Below, piece after piece: positions 1 to 11,533 of a DNA stretch of 64,000 nucleotides; positions within the stretch are counted from its first letter, which is position 1, and each line of letters opens with the position of its first letter. The notes beneath the pieces are model-generated. The model saw only the letters and a program-made list of their open reading frames with translations, searched no databases and was not told the origin of the DNA. This DNA comes from Octopus vulgaris. Lineage: Eukaryota. Position numbers and translations under genes: made by a program. The stretch is from assembly GCA_951406725.2 (NCBI GenBank), contig OX597825.1, forward strand, positions 61,442,001 through 61,506,000. Reading direction: 5' to 3'.

Positions 1-1060
1 TGCTTGATTGATGCTTTTTACATGCCACCAACCCAAGAATCAGTCAGGCAGCACTGGCAATGACCACACTTGAATGGTGCTTTTAACATGCCACTACTCA
101 GGACCAGTCAGGTGGCTCTGGTATCGGCCACAACAAGGATTTCATTTGACTCAATAAGTCTTCTCAAGTACAGTTTATTGCCCAATGATTGAAGGGTTAC
201 TCTTAAATGCTACACTGGCGTAGACCATGGTTATGGTCTCACTTGGCTTGCCAGGTCTTCTCAAGCACAGCATATCTCTAAAGGTCTTTGATCACCTATC
301 ATCACCTCTGTGAGGCCCAACGTTCAAAGATCGTGCTTCACCACCTCACCCCAGGTCTTCCTGCACTGTTAGGGTGTGACAATATTTCTTCCACTGTTAG
401 GGTGTGACACTTTTTCACACAGCTGTCTTCATCCAAGCGCAACACACGACCATACCAGAACAGTCATTTTTCTTGCACACCACATCTGATGCTTCTTATG
501 TGCAACTTTTCTCTCAGGTCACTTACACTCTGATGTGTATGCACACTGACATTACACATCCAGTGGATCATACTAGCTTCATTTCTTGCAGGCTTACTTA
601 TGTCCTCAAAGGAAGCTATCAACTACTTCTAGTTTTTCCCCCTTGGCATGTGATGGAGGCTGTTTTCTGCACATTTTCAGTGTGTATTGCCCCTGTGCTA
701 CACAAAAAAGCTATCTTCCCAGTTAGTCTTCGTTTGATATTGCTGCACCTCTTATGTATTCATAGCTTGCACCGGGTAGATCTTATGGAGTTTCTACCTA
801 TACCTTTTCTACAGAACAAGCAGGGCCATCTACCTGAAGGGATTTGTGATTTGTCTGCCTTCCTACTTATAAAGACCTTGGTTTTTGCTAGATTCACTCT
901 AAGGCCCATCGATTCTAGACCTTACTTCCACACCTGAAACTTCTCCTCTAGTTCTGATAGTGACTTAGCTATTAGAGCAAGGTCATCAGCATAGAGGATC
1001 TCCCAGGGTCATCCTGTCTTTAATTCCTTTGTCATTGCCTGGAGGACTATGATGAATAAA
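1..1060 (-). mobile_element. 5'-truncated, decayed RTE-clade LINE (RT C-terminal half plus start of 3' UTR)
   Basis: Minus-strand translation gives PWEILYADDLALIAKSLSELEEKFQVWK*GLESMGLRVNLAKTKV (YADD at 982-993), then a Cys/His cluster. Stops and frameshifts present. Bases 1-200 carry the GGTGCTTTTTACATGCCAC-like 3' UTR subrepeats seen elsewhere in the window. Confidence 0.9.
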
Positions 1061-1559
1061 ATGTTGAATCAAAATTAGATTTAATACAAAATAGGATTCA
1101 GTACATACGCTCGTTTCAAAGGACAATACAAATATGTAAGAAAAAATCATAATCATAATAATTACAATTAAATTTATGCATTGTCATTCTCTTCAATGTG
1201 AGGAGTGAGAAATTTTTGGAAGGACATCAAAAAAGTTTTAATAAAATAAAGTAAATTAAAATAAGATACAATAAGGGAGAATACAAATGGTGTAATAGGG
1301 AAAAAATATCTGATTTTTCCCTATTACCCCATTTGTATTCTCCCTTATCGTTTCTTACTCTAATTTGCTTTATTTTATTAAAAATTTTTTGATGTCCTTC
1401 CAAGAATTTCTCACTCCTCACACTGATGAGAATAACAATGCATGAATTTAATTATAATTACTATGATTATAATTTTTTTCTTACATATTTGTATTGTCCT
1501 TTGAAACACACGTATGTATTGAATCCTATTTTGTATTAAATCTAATTTTGATTCAACAT
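1061..1559. repeat. ~500-bp fold-back palindrome (arms ~245 bp, spacer ~8 nt)
   Basis: 1061 ATGTTGAATCAAAATTAGATTTAATACAAAATAGGATTCA is mirrored by TGAATCCTATTTTGTATTAAATCTAATTTTGATTCAACAT ending at 1559. About 20 differences counted by eye. Centre ~1310. Confidence 0.95.
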
Positions 1560-1781
1560 CTTTTTCTCCTCCATTTTTCTATAATTGTTTATGGTATACT
1601 TATACCTATAACGATATTTTTCAACTACTCTTTCCGTATTCTTATTACTTGCTCATGCTGTTTTTTATGAATATGATGAATCTTTATTAGAAATCATTCT
1701 TTCTCTCTTTTTGGACCTCTCAAAAAGTTTGAATTGTTCTTTTTTGAACTTATTTTTTCCCTGTATATATGTATGCATGTG

Positions 1782-1821
<40 letters not shown>

Positions 1822-1822
<1 letters not shown>

Positions 1823-1982
1823 TAGGCCTTTTTCAGTTTCTGTCTACCAAATCCACTCACAAGGTTTTGGTCAGCTTTGAGCTGTTGTAAAAACACTTGC
1901 CCAAGGTGTTATGTAGTGGGACTGAACCTGGAACCATGTGGTTGGGAAGCAGACTGTTTACCACACAGACATACATGCCCCT
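1822..1982 (-). mobile_element. SINE family A, head fragment
   Basis: Reverse complement of the A head (TGTGGTAA...GGTTCAGTCCCACT...CTTGGGCAAGTGT...GTGAGTGGATTTGGTAGAC). Confidence 0.85.
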
Positions 1983-2176
1983 ACATATGTTCATATTTCT
2001 TTTTTTCCAGTAGTTGCTCTCTTCCATGAATACATCTCTGACCATGACAAAAAATTGCCTCGCCTGAAAACAGGTGAAGTTTGGTGACAGGATAGGTATC
2101 TGGGTTGGGTGTAGAAAATCTGTCTCAATGTACTTTGTCTGGCTCACACAAGGAAAAAGAAAGTAGACATTAAAAT

Positions 2177-2187
2177 TATGACTATGA

Positions 2188-2227
<40 letters not shown>

Positions 2228-2580
2228 GATGATGACGACCACACTGATGATAATGATAATGATGATGATGATGACGATGATGATGATGACGATAATGACG
2301 ACGATGATGATGATGATAATGATGATGATGATGATGATGGTGACGATGATGATGAAGACGACAACCACACTGATGATGATGATGCCGATGACGATAATGA
2401 TAATGACACTGGTGATGATGACAATAATGATGATGATGATGATGATGACAATGATGATGACGACGACGATGATGACAGTGATGGTAATGACAATGATGAT
2501 GACAATGATAACAATGATGATGATGATGATGATGATGATGACAATGACGACGACGATGACAACGACGACGATGATAACTA
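2177..2580 (+). repeat. (GAT/GAC/AAT)n microsatellite grown from an RTE-type tail
   Basis: Imperfect GAT array starting right after the tail motif GGAAAAAGAAAGTAGACATTAAAA. Confidence 0.95.
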
Positions 2581-3107
2581 CTTTAATAACTTGATTATCA
2601 TCTATTAGTAAACTTATACCTGTTGATATATCCAAATGTAAACATTACATAAATATTATTCTCCTTTTTTGCTTCCCTTTAAAATATAACATTATCAACC
2701 AAAAAATTTTATACATCAGAATAGCAAAAATCATTAGTAATACCTCCTTGTTGACTCCCCATGTCCATTGTTCATGCTTACATTTAGCTAATGCGATACA
2801 AAATAGCAAGGAATATCATTGATTATATCTGTGCCCTGCAGCTTATTCAAGCTGTTCCTTTAAAGATAATTGAAATGCTGGTAGACTATTTCTTTAAATA
2901 TTTTCTTATAAATTCTATTTTGGTAATATTGTTTTTCCTTCAAAAAGCAAAACAAAATATTCATTGTACAACATTTATAATTTCACCCTTTATTTTCTTT
3001 TCACTGTCATGAAAAATTTTTTTGTCTGAGTAGCTTTTAGCAGCCTTTATACTATGAAGTATAAAATTTCAAAGAATGACACTTTTAAGAGATGATTTTT
3101 AAGATCA

Positions 3108-3775
3108 TGAGCAGGTATCTTCTACTAAAGCTCTGGCTGAACCTGAACCTCCAACTAAGGCTTTGTAAGTAATTTGGTAGAAGGAAACTGAAAGAAGCCC
3201 ATCATAGGTATATGTGAGCGAGCAGTTGCATGCATGTGTGTGTGTGTGTTTGTGCTTCCTTGTCTTAGTGTCTTCTACAATAGCCTCTGGCTGACCAAAG
3301 CCTTGTGAGTGGATTTGGTAGACGGAAACTGAAAGAAGCCTGTCGCATATATATATGTATCTGTGTATATATGTTTGTATGTCTGTGTCTGTCCCCGCCA
3401 ACATCGCTTGACAACCGATGCTGGTGTGTTTACGTCCCCATAACTTAGTGGTTCGGCAAAAGAGACCAATAGAATAATTACTAGGCTTACAAAGAATAAG
3501 CCCTGGGGGCGATTTACTCGACTAAAGGCAGTGCTCCAGCATGGCCACAGTCAGATGACTGAAACAAGTAAAAGAGAGTAAAGAGTAAGAGCATACAAAT
3601 GATGACATTTGTTTCCAGTCTTCCATGAAAACATGTCTGTGCTATGAAGCAGTTATAAGCTTGTTTGGAAACAGGTTAGGGGTTAGCAACAATAAAGCCT
3701 TCTGGATGGTAGGAAGTCTGCCTCAGTGAATTCCATCTGATCTGTGCAAGCTTGACAAAATGGACATTAAAACAA
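3108..3775 (+). mobile_element. Old SINE A with RTE-type tail (A2), interrupted by a 5'-truncated A1 copy (~3266-3588)
   Basis: A body at 3108-3265; A1 tail GGCAGTGCTCCAGCATGGCCACAGTCAGATGACTGAAAC near 3527-3565; A2 tail (CCATGAAAACATGTCTG...TGGACATTAAAAC) at 3610-3775. Confidence 0.75.
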
Positions 3776-4292
3776 TGATTATGATGGTGGTGATGATGAT
3801 GATGATGATGATGATGATGACAATGATTATTGTGATGATGATGATGACAATGATTATTGTAATGATGATGATGATGATGATGACGACAATGACAGATTAT
3901 GGTGATGATGATGACGACAATGACAATGACAATGATTATGGTGATGATGATGATGATGATGGTGACAATGATGATGACAATGATTATGGTGATGATGATG
4001 ATGATGACAATGATGGCAATGATGGTGTTAGTGATGATGATGATGATGACAATGATGGCAATGATTATGGTGATGATGATGATGATGATGGTGACGATGA
4101 TGATGACAATGATTATGGTGATGATGATGATGATGACAATGATTGCAATGATGGTGATAGTGATGATAAAGATTATTGTGATGATGGTGATGATGATCAT
4201 GACGATGATGACAATGATTATGGTGATGATGATGATGATGACAATGATGGCACTGATGCTGATGGTGATGATGAGGAGGATGATGATGATGA
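3776..4292 (+). repeat. (GAT)n microsatellite with higher-order unit GACAATGATTATGGT(GAT)n
   Basis: Directly visible; follows the RTE-type tail. Confidence 0.95.
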
Positions 4293-4654
4293 GTTACCAT
4301 GTTTTTTTTTGAGAGAGAAAGGGAGAGAGAGAGAGGTGGTGAGGGAGATATTTTAGCATGTATAGAGTCTGAAATACAAATAATTAGCAACAGTGTTAAA
4401 TGCATGAAAGAAGTGCAAGTGGAGTAATTTTCGTGAGATCTGATAAAGTAAGATAAAGAGATGAAAATTAAATAAAGAAGAACTGCTTAAAATTGTCAGT
4501 TATTCGTTGGTTGAGGTGTAGAAGGATTTAAATTGGTGTTATAACAGCAAGAATGGAAAAAGACAAACAAAACTAGTAATATATCTTCAATAGATTTCTT
4601 TGGTGCATTTGAATGTGGGTTGATATAAGAGAAATTAGGAATGATGAAAATAGA

Positions 4655-4673
4655 AATAATAATAATAATAATG

Positions 4674-4733
<60 letters not shown>
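4655..4733 (+). repeat. (AAT)n microsatellite
   Basis: Directly visible. Confidence 0.95.
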
Positions 4734-4734
<1 letters not shown>

Positions 4735-4979
4735 GGTTTAAAACAAACATAATTTTCGGTTTAAAAAAAAAAAAAGAAAAAAAAATTATTTTTTAGACAT
4801 TCATTAGTACAACACCAAAAACTCCCCCCCTCCCAAATATATGGCACACTAGGCATAACAACAACATGAACTTCCAACCTGTTGTCTCTTGAGGTCTCTG
4901 GGTGAGACTTGGAGCCAACATGTACAAATATAAAGCAAAAGTCAAACATAGAATAATAATAATAATGATAATAATAATT

Positions 4980-5192
4980 TTTTCTACTATAGGCACAAGG
5001 CCTGGAATTTGTGGGGAGGGGGATAGTTGATTACATTGACCCTAGTACTTGACTGGTTCTTAATTTATTGATCCTGAAAGAATGAAAGGCAAAGTCGACC
5101 TCAGTGGAATCTGACCTCAGAATATAGTAGGAGGTGAAATGGCACTAAGAATTTCACCCAGTATGCTAATGATTCTGCCAGCTCCCTGCTTT
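4980..5192 (-). mobile_element. SINE family B
   Basis: Reverse complement of the B consensus GAGCTGGCAGAATC...GAGGTCGACTTTGCCTTTCAT...GGCCTTGTGCC. Confidence 0.85.
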
Positions 5193-5199
5193 AATGATG

Positions 5200-5253
<54 letters not shown>

Positions 5254-5268
5254 GTAGTAGTAGTAGTT

Positions 5269-5318
<50 letters not shown>

Positions 5319-5321
5319 GGC

Positions 5322-5375
<54 letters not shown>

Positions 5376-5376
5376 G

Positions 5377-5436
<60 letters not shown>

Positions 5437-5442
5437 ATAGTG

Positions 5443-5478
<36 letters not shown>

Positions 5479-5482
5479 GTAA
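5193..5482 (+). repeat. Compound microsatellite (AAT)n-(AGT)n-(GGT)n
   Basis: Directly visible. Confidence 0.95.
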
Positions 5483-6227
5483 GCTTACATAACTGATGCC
5501 TTGTACATCATTGCTTACATAATCACAGGTTTCTCAAACAACCTGATACGTCATTCTCCTGTTCCTAACTTTATACTTGTTCTTGTTTAACTCCTTGCCA
5601 ACCTCGACCAAGATACCTATTTTTTTTTTTGTTTTTGGATGTAACCTACCCAGCGATCAATATATTCTTTAGGCAGATTTTTTGCTGTTACTTTTAATAA
5701 GTTGAGAAACTAAATTATGAGCTTGATGTAAACTCAATCAAGGTAAACCATGTCTTATTTCACCTGTCTGTTATTATTTCATTTTTCCTTGAAAATTCCA
5801 TTTATGGTGAATAAATTATACATTTCAGGAAGTGTAATAACCTTTATAAACTTAATTTTTAACGACATTTTGTCTGGCAAGCATCCAAATTCTATCAAGA
5901 TTTATTAAAAGTAGAACACTCACTAAATATATTCTAGTATAGGAAAAGAAAGTAGATTAATACTAAAGTGTTAGACAGCATCTTTCAATAGGAGTCTACC
6001 ATTAGTAGCAGCTCTAAGGACTCAATAAATTGAAAAGGAAATTGAGAATTTCGATTCAAATATTTACTTTTGAATTTAACAGGAGGTATTCACTTATTTT
6101 AGATTGTTGTTTATAAGATATCATTTAATATCACCTATTTCCTGTCCCTTGCAAGTTTATTACTCCACCTTGGTTTAAAGCTTTTCTTTACCTCTAATGA
6201 CAATGAGGAAAAATCAATGATAATGAT

Positions 6228-6432
6228 ACTTTCTACTAACGGCATGAGACCTGAAAGTTTGGGGTGGCAGCTAGTTGATTACATCAAACCTGGTAATTAT
6301 TGTATGAACCCTGAAAGGAGAAAAGGCAAAGTCGATCTTCGTGGAATTTGAACACAGAACATAATAATGGACAAAATGCCGCGAAGCATTTTGTCTGGCT
6401 TGCTTAATGATTCTACCAGCTCACTGCCTTAA
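6228..6432 (-). mobile_element. SINE family B (diverged)
   Basis: CCCTGAAAGGAGAAAAGGCAAAGTCGATC...GGAATTTGAACACAGAAC...CCAGCTCACTGCCTT. Confidence 0.8.
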
Positions 6433-6779
6433 TAATAATAATTATAATAGTGGGGCCTGAGGTTAGCAATCAAAATTAGTTTAAAGGTGATAATTATGAA
6501 CACAGTATTAGTGGTGGTGGCTAATTGCTCAATCTGCAAGAGAGATTAGCAATATTTCCCTTTAAATTAGATTCCACTGTCTTAAATATTGGAGGCTGCA
6601 TTGGTTATTACAGCCTTAGGTATGTAATATCTGAACATAACATAAGATCATTGCAGTCACAATGTTCTTGATTATTGGTTTTGTCAATCAGAGTTTACTT
6701 GGGATTAATCAACAACAAATACATATCCCCCTCTCTCTTTCGGAGAGGCACTGAGCACCTACACGCACATATACACACA

Positions 6780-7155
6780 TGGCAGTAACTTCCGCCTGCT
6801 GAATTCAATCACAAAGCTTCAGTCAGCTCAGGGCTATAGTGGAAGACACCCAAAGTAGCACACAGTGGGACTGAACCTGAAACCATGTAGCTAGGAAGCA
6901 AGCTCCCTAACCACACAGCCATGCCCACGATGCAGAATTTTCGCACAAGGCTAGGAATTTTAAGAGGAAGAGTATATCAATTATGTTGACCCCTGTATTG
7001 ACTGGTACTTCATTTTATTGACCCTGAAAGCATGAAAGGCACAGTTGACCTTGTCAGGAATTGAACTCAGAACATGAAGATCCAGATGAAATGTTGCTAA
7101 ACATTTCGTCCTAGGCACTTACAATTCTACCAAATTCTACCAGCTGACTGTCTTT
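6780..7155 (-). mobile_element. SINE A head fragment (6780-6928) followed by SINE B (6938-7155)
   Basis: Matches to the A and B motifs on the minus strand. Confidence 0.75.
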
Positions 7156-7228
7156 TACGCATATACACAGTAATAGTTTTCATAAGTTAGTGTAAGCCCT
7201 TATTTAAGGACTGTAGCCATTAGAAATA

Positions 7229-7683
7229 TTGGGTTGGCAAGAAAGTAATTTCGGTTTTTTACTGTGAGAGCTGGGGATTGGTAAACATGATTCAAAACCA
7301 TTCAGCCACGAAGCTTGTACAACCGTATTTACATTAGTAATTACAGAACGCAATGAAGTATCACCTCAAGAAATATCATATGCCCTTATAAAATTCTTGC
7401 TTTCCAAATGTCATCTTCCAATAAGATTATTCCAGTTTTTGATATTCTTGCCGGTGGCACGTAAAAAGCACCATCCGATCGTGGCCGTTTGCCAGCCTCG
7501 TCTGGCACCTGGTCAGGTGGCCCGTAAAAAGCACCCACTACACTCACAAAGTGGTTGGCGTTAGGAAGGGCATCCAGCTGTAGAAACACTGCCAGATCAG
7601 ACTGGGCCTGGCGCAGCATTCTGGCTTCCCAGACCCCAGTTGAACCGTCCAACCCATGCTAGCATGGAAAACGGACGTTAAAC

Positions 7684-7716
<33 letters not shown>

Positions 7717-7785
7717 ACATTTCAGCAGATGAAATAAATTGGTTGATATTTGGGAAGAATTTTCTCATTCCATTTTCTTTGACCT
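7229..7785. mobile_element. Decayed mariner-like end fragment with a nested RTE 3' UTR
   Basis: TA + TTGGGTTGGCAAGAAAGTAATTTCGG resembles the mariner TIR at 50671. The second TIR was not found. Confidence 0.5.
7451..7714 (+). mobile_element. RTE LINE 3' UTR fragment with (GAT)n tail
   Basis: GGCACGTAAAAAGCACC subrepeats, GGAAGGGCATCCAGCTGTAGAAAC, GCATGGAAAACGGACGTTAAAC(GAT)n. Confidence 0.85.
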
Positions 7786-7815
7786 TTAAGATGATGATGA
7801 TTATGAATATATAAA

Positions 7816-8245
7816 CAGGGTTTTCAAAAAGTCTCTCAGCAGTGAATTCTTTTTATCCTGCGCATGCGCAACTTGGCTGTTACTGCATGGGCAGCTGAGT
7901 GTCAGCCATTATCCCTCAATCATTGTGTACCCTTCTGCATGTCGCCATGCTAACCATTGAAGAATGTACGTTTTTAGTTGAATGGTTGTTTCGAGCTGGA
8001 AACAAATACATAGATACTGTGAAACAGAAATTCACTGAAACTTTTCTGAATACTGTTGTTCCACATCGTGACACTGTGTGGGATTTGTTAAGAAAATTTA
8101 GAAACACGGGCTCAGTGGGAGATGCAGCAAGAAGCTGTATGCCTGCTGTTCATTCAGATGAAACACTCTTCAATATTTTTGATAAACTGTTGGCAAGCCC
8201 ACCAAAGTCCTTATGCAAATTGTCACAGGAAACAGAAATAGATAT
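7816..8245 (+). mobile_element. Tc1/mariner 5' fragment with DUF4817-like HTH N-terminus
   Basis: MLTIEECTFLVEWLF...VPHRDTVWDLLRKFRNTGSVGDAARS...SPPKSLCKLSQETEI; begins near CAGGGTTTTCAAAAA; truncated at (TA)n. Confidence 0.75.
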
Positions 8246-8289
8246 AATATAGATATATACATACATATGTATATATTTATATAACGGGA

Positions 8290-8510
8290 AGCTTTATGGA
8301 AATAGACAAAAGACGAAGGCAGGTTTACGGAAATAAACAAAAGACGAAGGCAGGTGGTATACAAACAAACAATTGTATTAATATGGCGCTCAGGAATATA
8401 AATAAAACAAGTCTTTTACGTTTCAAGCCTACGCTCTTCAACAGAAAGATACACAGAGAAGAAACGCAGAAAGAAGGAGAGAAAAAAATGCATGCATTAT
8501 GAAAATACAT
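8290..8510 (-). mobile_element. Penelope-like pseudo-LTR fragment, family P1
   Basis: Homologous to 60430-60640, carries an HHR motif, flanked by (TA)n. PLE assignment is inferred from the HHR. Confidence 0.65.
8412..8449 (-). ncRNA. Minimal type I hammerhead motif, A6U variant (CpG-decayed copy)
   Basis: Minus strand: TCTTT-CTGTTGA-A-GAGC-GTAG-GCTT-GAAAC-GTA-AAAGA. Confidence 0.6.
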
Positions 8511-9252
8511 CAATTTATATATGTATATATGTATATATGTATATATTTATATAGCTAGATATACATATTTGTGCATAATGTATACATATTATACGCACAC
8601 ATGCAATTATGTATTTCTTCTCCCTAATCAATAGAAAACCAAGCAATTTCAAATTTCAGTTGGAATTTTGGGGAATTTCTCGCTATTTAAAAGTGCTACC
8701 TTTTTGTCTATAATTGTTTAGGTTCAAATTGCTACCTCTGGACCAGATGCATGATGGGAGACCTGATTCAAAGGCTAGTAGTCTGCCATTTGCAATAAAC
8801 ATAGACTTGCACACTTTCTACAGGTCATAGTAGAAATTGAAGATTTTATTACCAAAGCAAAATGATTGGTTCTTGCCTGTTGTTTCTCATTACATGTTCT
8901 TTTATGAAGTGGAAACACAACAAACCTAGTTAGAAAAGCAATTAGAGTGGCAGAAGTAGAAAATTACATGTTTCTTTTGTGTTCATTTTTAATTTTGCTA
9001 TTTTTTTAATTTTCGCTTTTATTTTTTATTGGTTTGCTCTGAAATTAAGCAACAATTTGTTATTCATGAGATTAAATTAATATCTCATTTGATAAATGTA
9101 GCTTAATCAGTCGTTGTGTAATAAGCTGTATTATCAGATTATACACTGGTATAGAAATTTCGTGTTGAACATTATGAAAACACATCAACGATAATAAGCA
9201 TGATGATCCTCAATGAAAGGTAAATAAGACAACATAGAAATACATATATAAT

Positions 9253-9285
<33 letters not shown>

Positions 9286-9498
9286 AATGGAACAAAAATG
9301 CAATAGAGGACATTAAAACATTTGGACACAAAGGCAGGCAAGAGAAACAACAATTAGAGGGACAGGGAAAAAGACGGGTCATTCTTGGTTTTCTTTCTTC
9401 AGTCAAGTACCAGAAGTCACAACCATTTCAGACAGTTACACTTGAGATGGTTTAATCTGGTTGTTTCCCAAAAGTCTAAGCTAAGAGCATTAGACCCC

Positions 9499-9548
<50 letters not shown>

Positions 9549-9693
9549 ACTTATAAATAATGGCAAACGAAAAAATTTCTAATGCCAAATATGCCAAAAT
9601 TAGACACATTGTCCATAACCATAAATTTTTCACAATACGCACGCTACTTGAAAAAAGGTCGACAGAAATTTCTAAAAAATTCCATTATTACCA

Positions 9694-9746
9694 TATCGGA
9701 CCGATTTCAGGGTTAGTTCATAAGAACCCTCCCTTCGTCAGTGATA
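9694..9746 (-). ncRNA. Minimal type I hammerhead motif
   Basis: Minus strand: TATCA-CTGACGA-AGGG(agg)GTTC(ttat)GAAC(taa)CCCT-GAAAT-CG-GTC-CGATA; one stem I mismatch. Confidence 0.55.
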
Positions 9747-10311
9747 AATGAGGCAAAGAAATAAATGAGATACTTACTCATACCCATAGAAGAAGCAAAC
9801 ACTAAGTCATGAGTACAATTAAGTACCCTAAATACTTCCAAAATAGAAATTCTCCAGCCCATTCAAGACACGTGCAATTTGAAGTGAGGCTTTCACAGAG
9901 AATTTCAGATTCATTAACATAATGTGAACAATTATACTTGTGAGACATATAAAATTATGGTAATGAGAAACATATATAAAATCAAACTTAATAATAAACA
10001 TATATAAATCTTTTGTAAAACCCATTGACTAGGACTTTAAAATTCTGTTTAATGATTTCTTCAACTGACTATGCACTAAACCTTTGATATTTAAACTGGC
10101 TGTATATCCAGCCTAAATATCTACCAGTTTTGTGATCAAACTGGTTAGATTTAGCCTCTGATACCCTATGCTACAGTGTCATTCTAAGAATAAACAGTCG
10201 CCTCATCAAAATTTTAAAGCAATGGGATAATGTGTAATTAATTCAAAATGATTACATTTGACAGAGTAATCTGAATACTAAAGGATTAATAGGCAGAAAA
10301 CTAAAAGCTTG

Positions 10312-10353
10312 GCTGGAACGGTTTCTAACCTGTATATGGATTTCATCAGTAAC
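10312..10353 (-). ncRNA. Degenerate hammerhead-like motif
   Basis: Minus strand: GTTA-CTGATGA-AATCCATATACAGGTTA-GAAACCGTTC-CAGC; stems imperfect. Confidence 0.35.
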
Positions 10354-10479
10354 AAGGTACCTTCTATTATTTTCTATACACCCTCTGCTTATAATCCCAT
10401 AATATTAAATGCTTTAATAAATCAGATCAATTGATTTTCATATATAATGTATTCTTGATAGCTTGTTCGAATCACAAAT

Positions 10480-10900
10480 GAGACGTGGCTGTGTGGTAAG
10501 TAGCTTGCTAACCAACCACATGGTTCCGGGTTCAGTCCCACTGCGTGGCACCTTGGGCAAGTGTCTTCTACTATAGCCTTGGGCCGACCAATGCCTTGTG
10601 AGTGGATTTGGTAGACGGAAACTGAAAGAAGCCTGTCGTATATATGTATATATATATATATGTATGTATGTGTGTGTGTGTGTGTTTGTGTGTCTGTGTT
10701 TGTCTCCCTAGCATTGTTTGACACCCAATGTTGGTGTGTTTACGTCCCCGTCACTTAGCAGTTCGGCAAAAGAGATCGATAGACTAAGTACTAGGCTTAC
10801 AAAGAATAAGTCCCGGGGTCGATTTGCTCGACTAAAGGCAGTGGTCCAGCATGGCCGCAGTCAAATGACTGAAACAAGTAAAAGAGAAAAGAGAAAGAGA
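10480..10900 (+). mobile_element. SINE A1 (tRNA-like head, internal (TA/TG)n, CR1-type tail)
   Basis: TGGCTGTGTGGT box A-like and GGTTCAGTCCC box B-like motifs; tail CAGCATGGCCGCAGTCAAATGACTGAAACAAGTAAAAGA. Confidence 0.9.
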
Positions 10901-11312
10901 ATTGAAGCAGTGATTTATTAATTAAACTAGTTGCCAAGAATGTTTTATACATGCAAAGCAGTCTAACCAATCAGTTTAATTTTGTTTTTACTGTGCAGCC
11001 TGTTTTGGAGCGACCAAGTATTTGTCATTTTCTTGTGTATAAGACTGTTCTGGAAAAATCTGCGACCATGATAGTGTTTGTATTATCTGGTAGTTAGCTC
11101 TGTAGAGTTATTTGGAGGAAAGAATCTAGACATATTCAATTCCTGTCATGATATGCTAGACATTTCTTGAATTTTTATCCACCAAACTGGAAAATTGAAA
11201 GTTTGTTTACTTAAAATTGTAACAAGTGTGAATGGCAGAGTATATACTGCTAATAGTTGTATATTGAACTAAGTGTATATATAATCAAATGATGTATATT
11301 TATGTATGCATA

Positions 11313-11533
11313 TCTCTCTCTATATAAACGGCAGTTTGTCTGTCTGTGTGTCTGTGTGTCTGTCAGGTTGTACCCTCACCCTGACCACGGCTTTCAGAAG
11401 TATTCGAGTGAAGAGAAGACATTGCAACCTACACATGCACCTTCGTTCCCTAGAGGGAAAGGACTAGATTGGGATTAGTCGTTGCCTACTAGGGGCTCTT
11501 ACATACCCGGGAAACGCCGGGCTATGCTGCTAG
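11313..11533 (+). mobile_element. Short non-autonomous Helitron
   Basis: A|TCTCTCTCTATATAAA 5' end; 3' hairpin CCCGG-GAAACG-CCGGG (11506-11521); CTAG|T end at 11533. Confidence 0.8.

Noticed and set aside
404-937. 177-aa + strand ORF
   Set aside because: It is antisense to the RTE reverse-transcriptase remnant.
1423-1445. CTGATGA within the palindrome
   Set aside because: No stem II or GAAA box follows, and the other arm lacks the motif.
2144-5496. Long poly-Ile/Met/Asp/His/Ser ORFs (also 38525-39190)
   Set aside because: They are read-throughs of triplet microsatellites with no splice or domain support.
9370-9410. Minus-strand CTGAAGA in the (TA)n-flanked fragment 9285-9500
   Set aside because: No pairing stem II and no correctly placed GAAA/NUH, so not called as a hammerhead.
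10422-10921. Recurrent ORFs such as ...YQIHSQG...EDTCPRCHAVGLNPEPCGW
   Set aside because: They are translations of SINE A copies, not a gene family.
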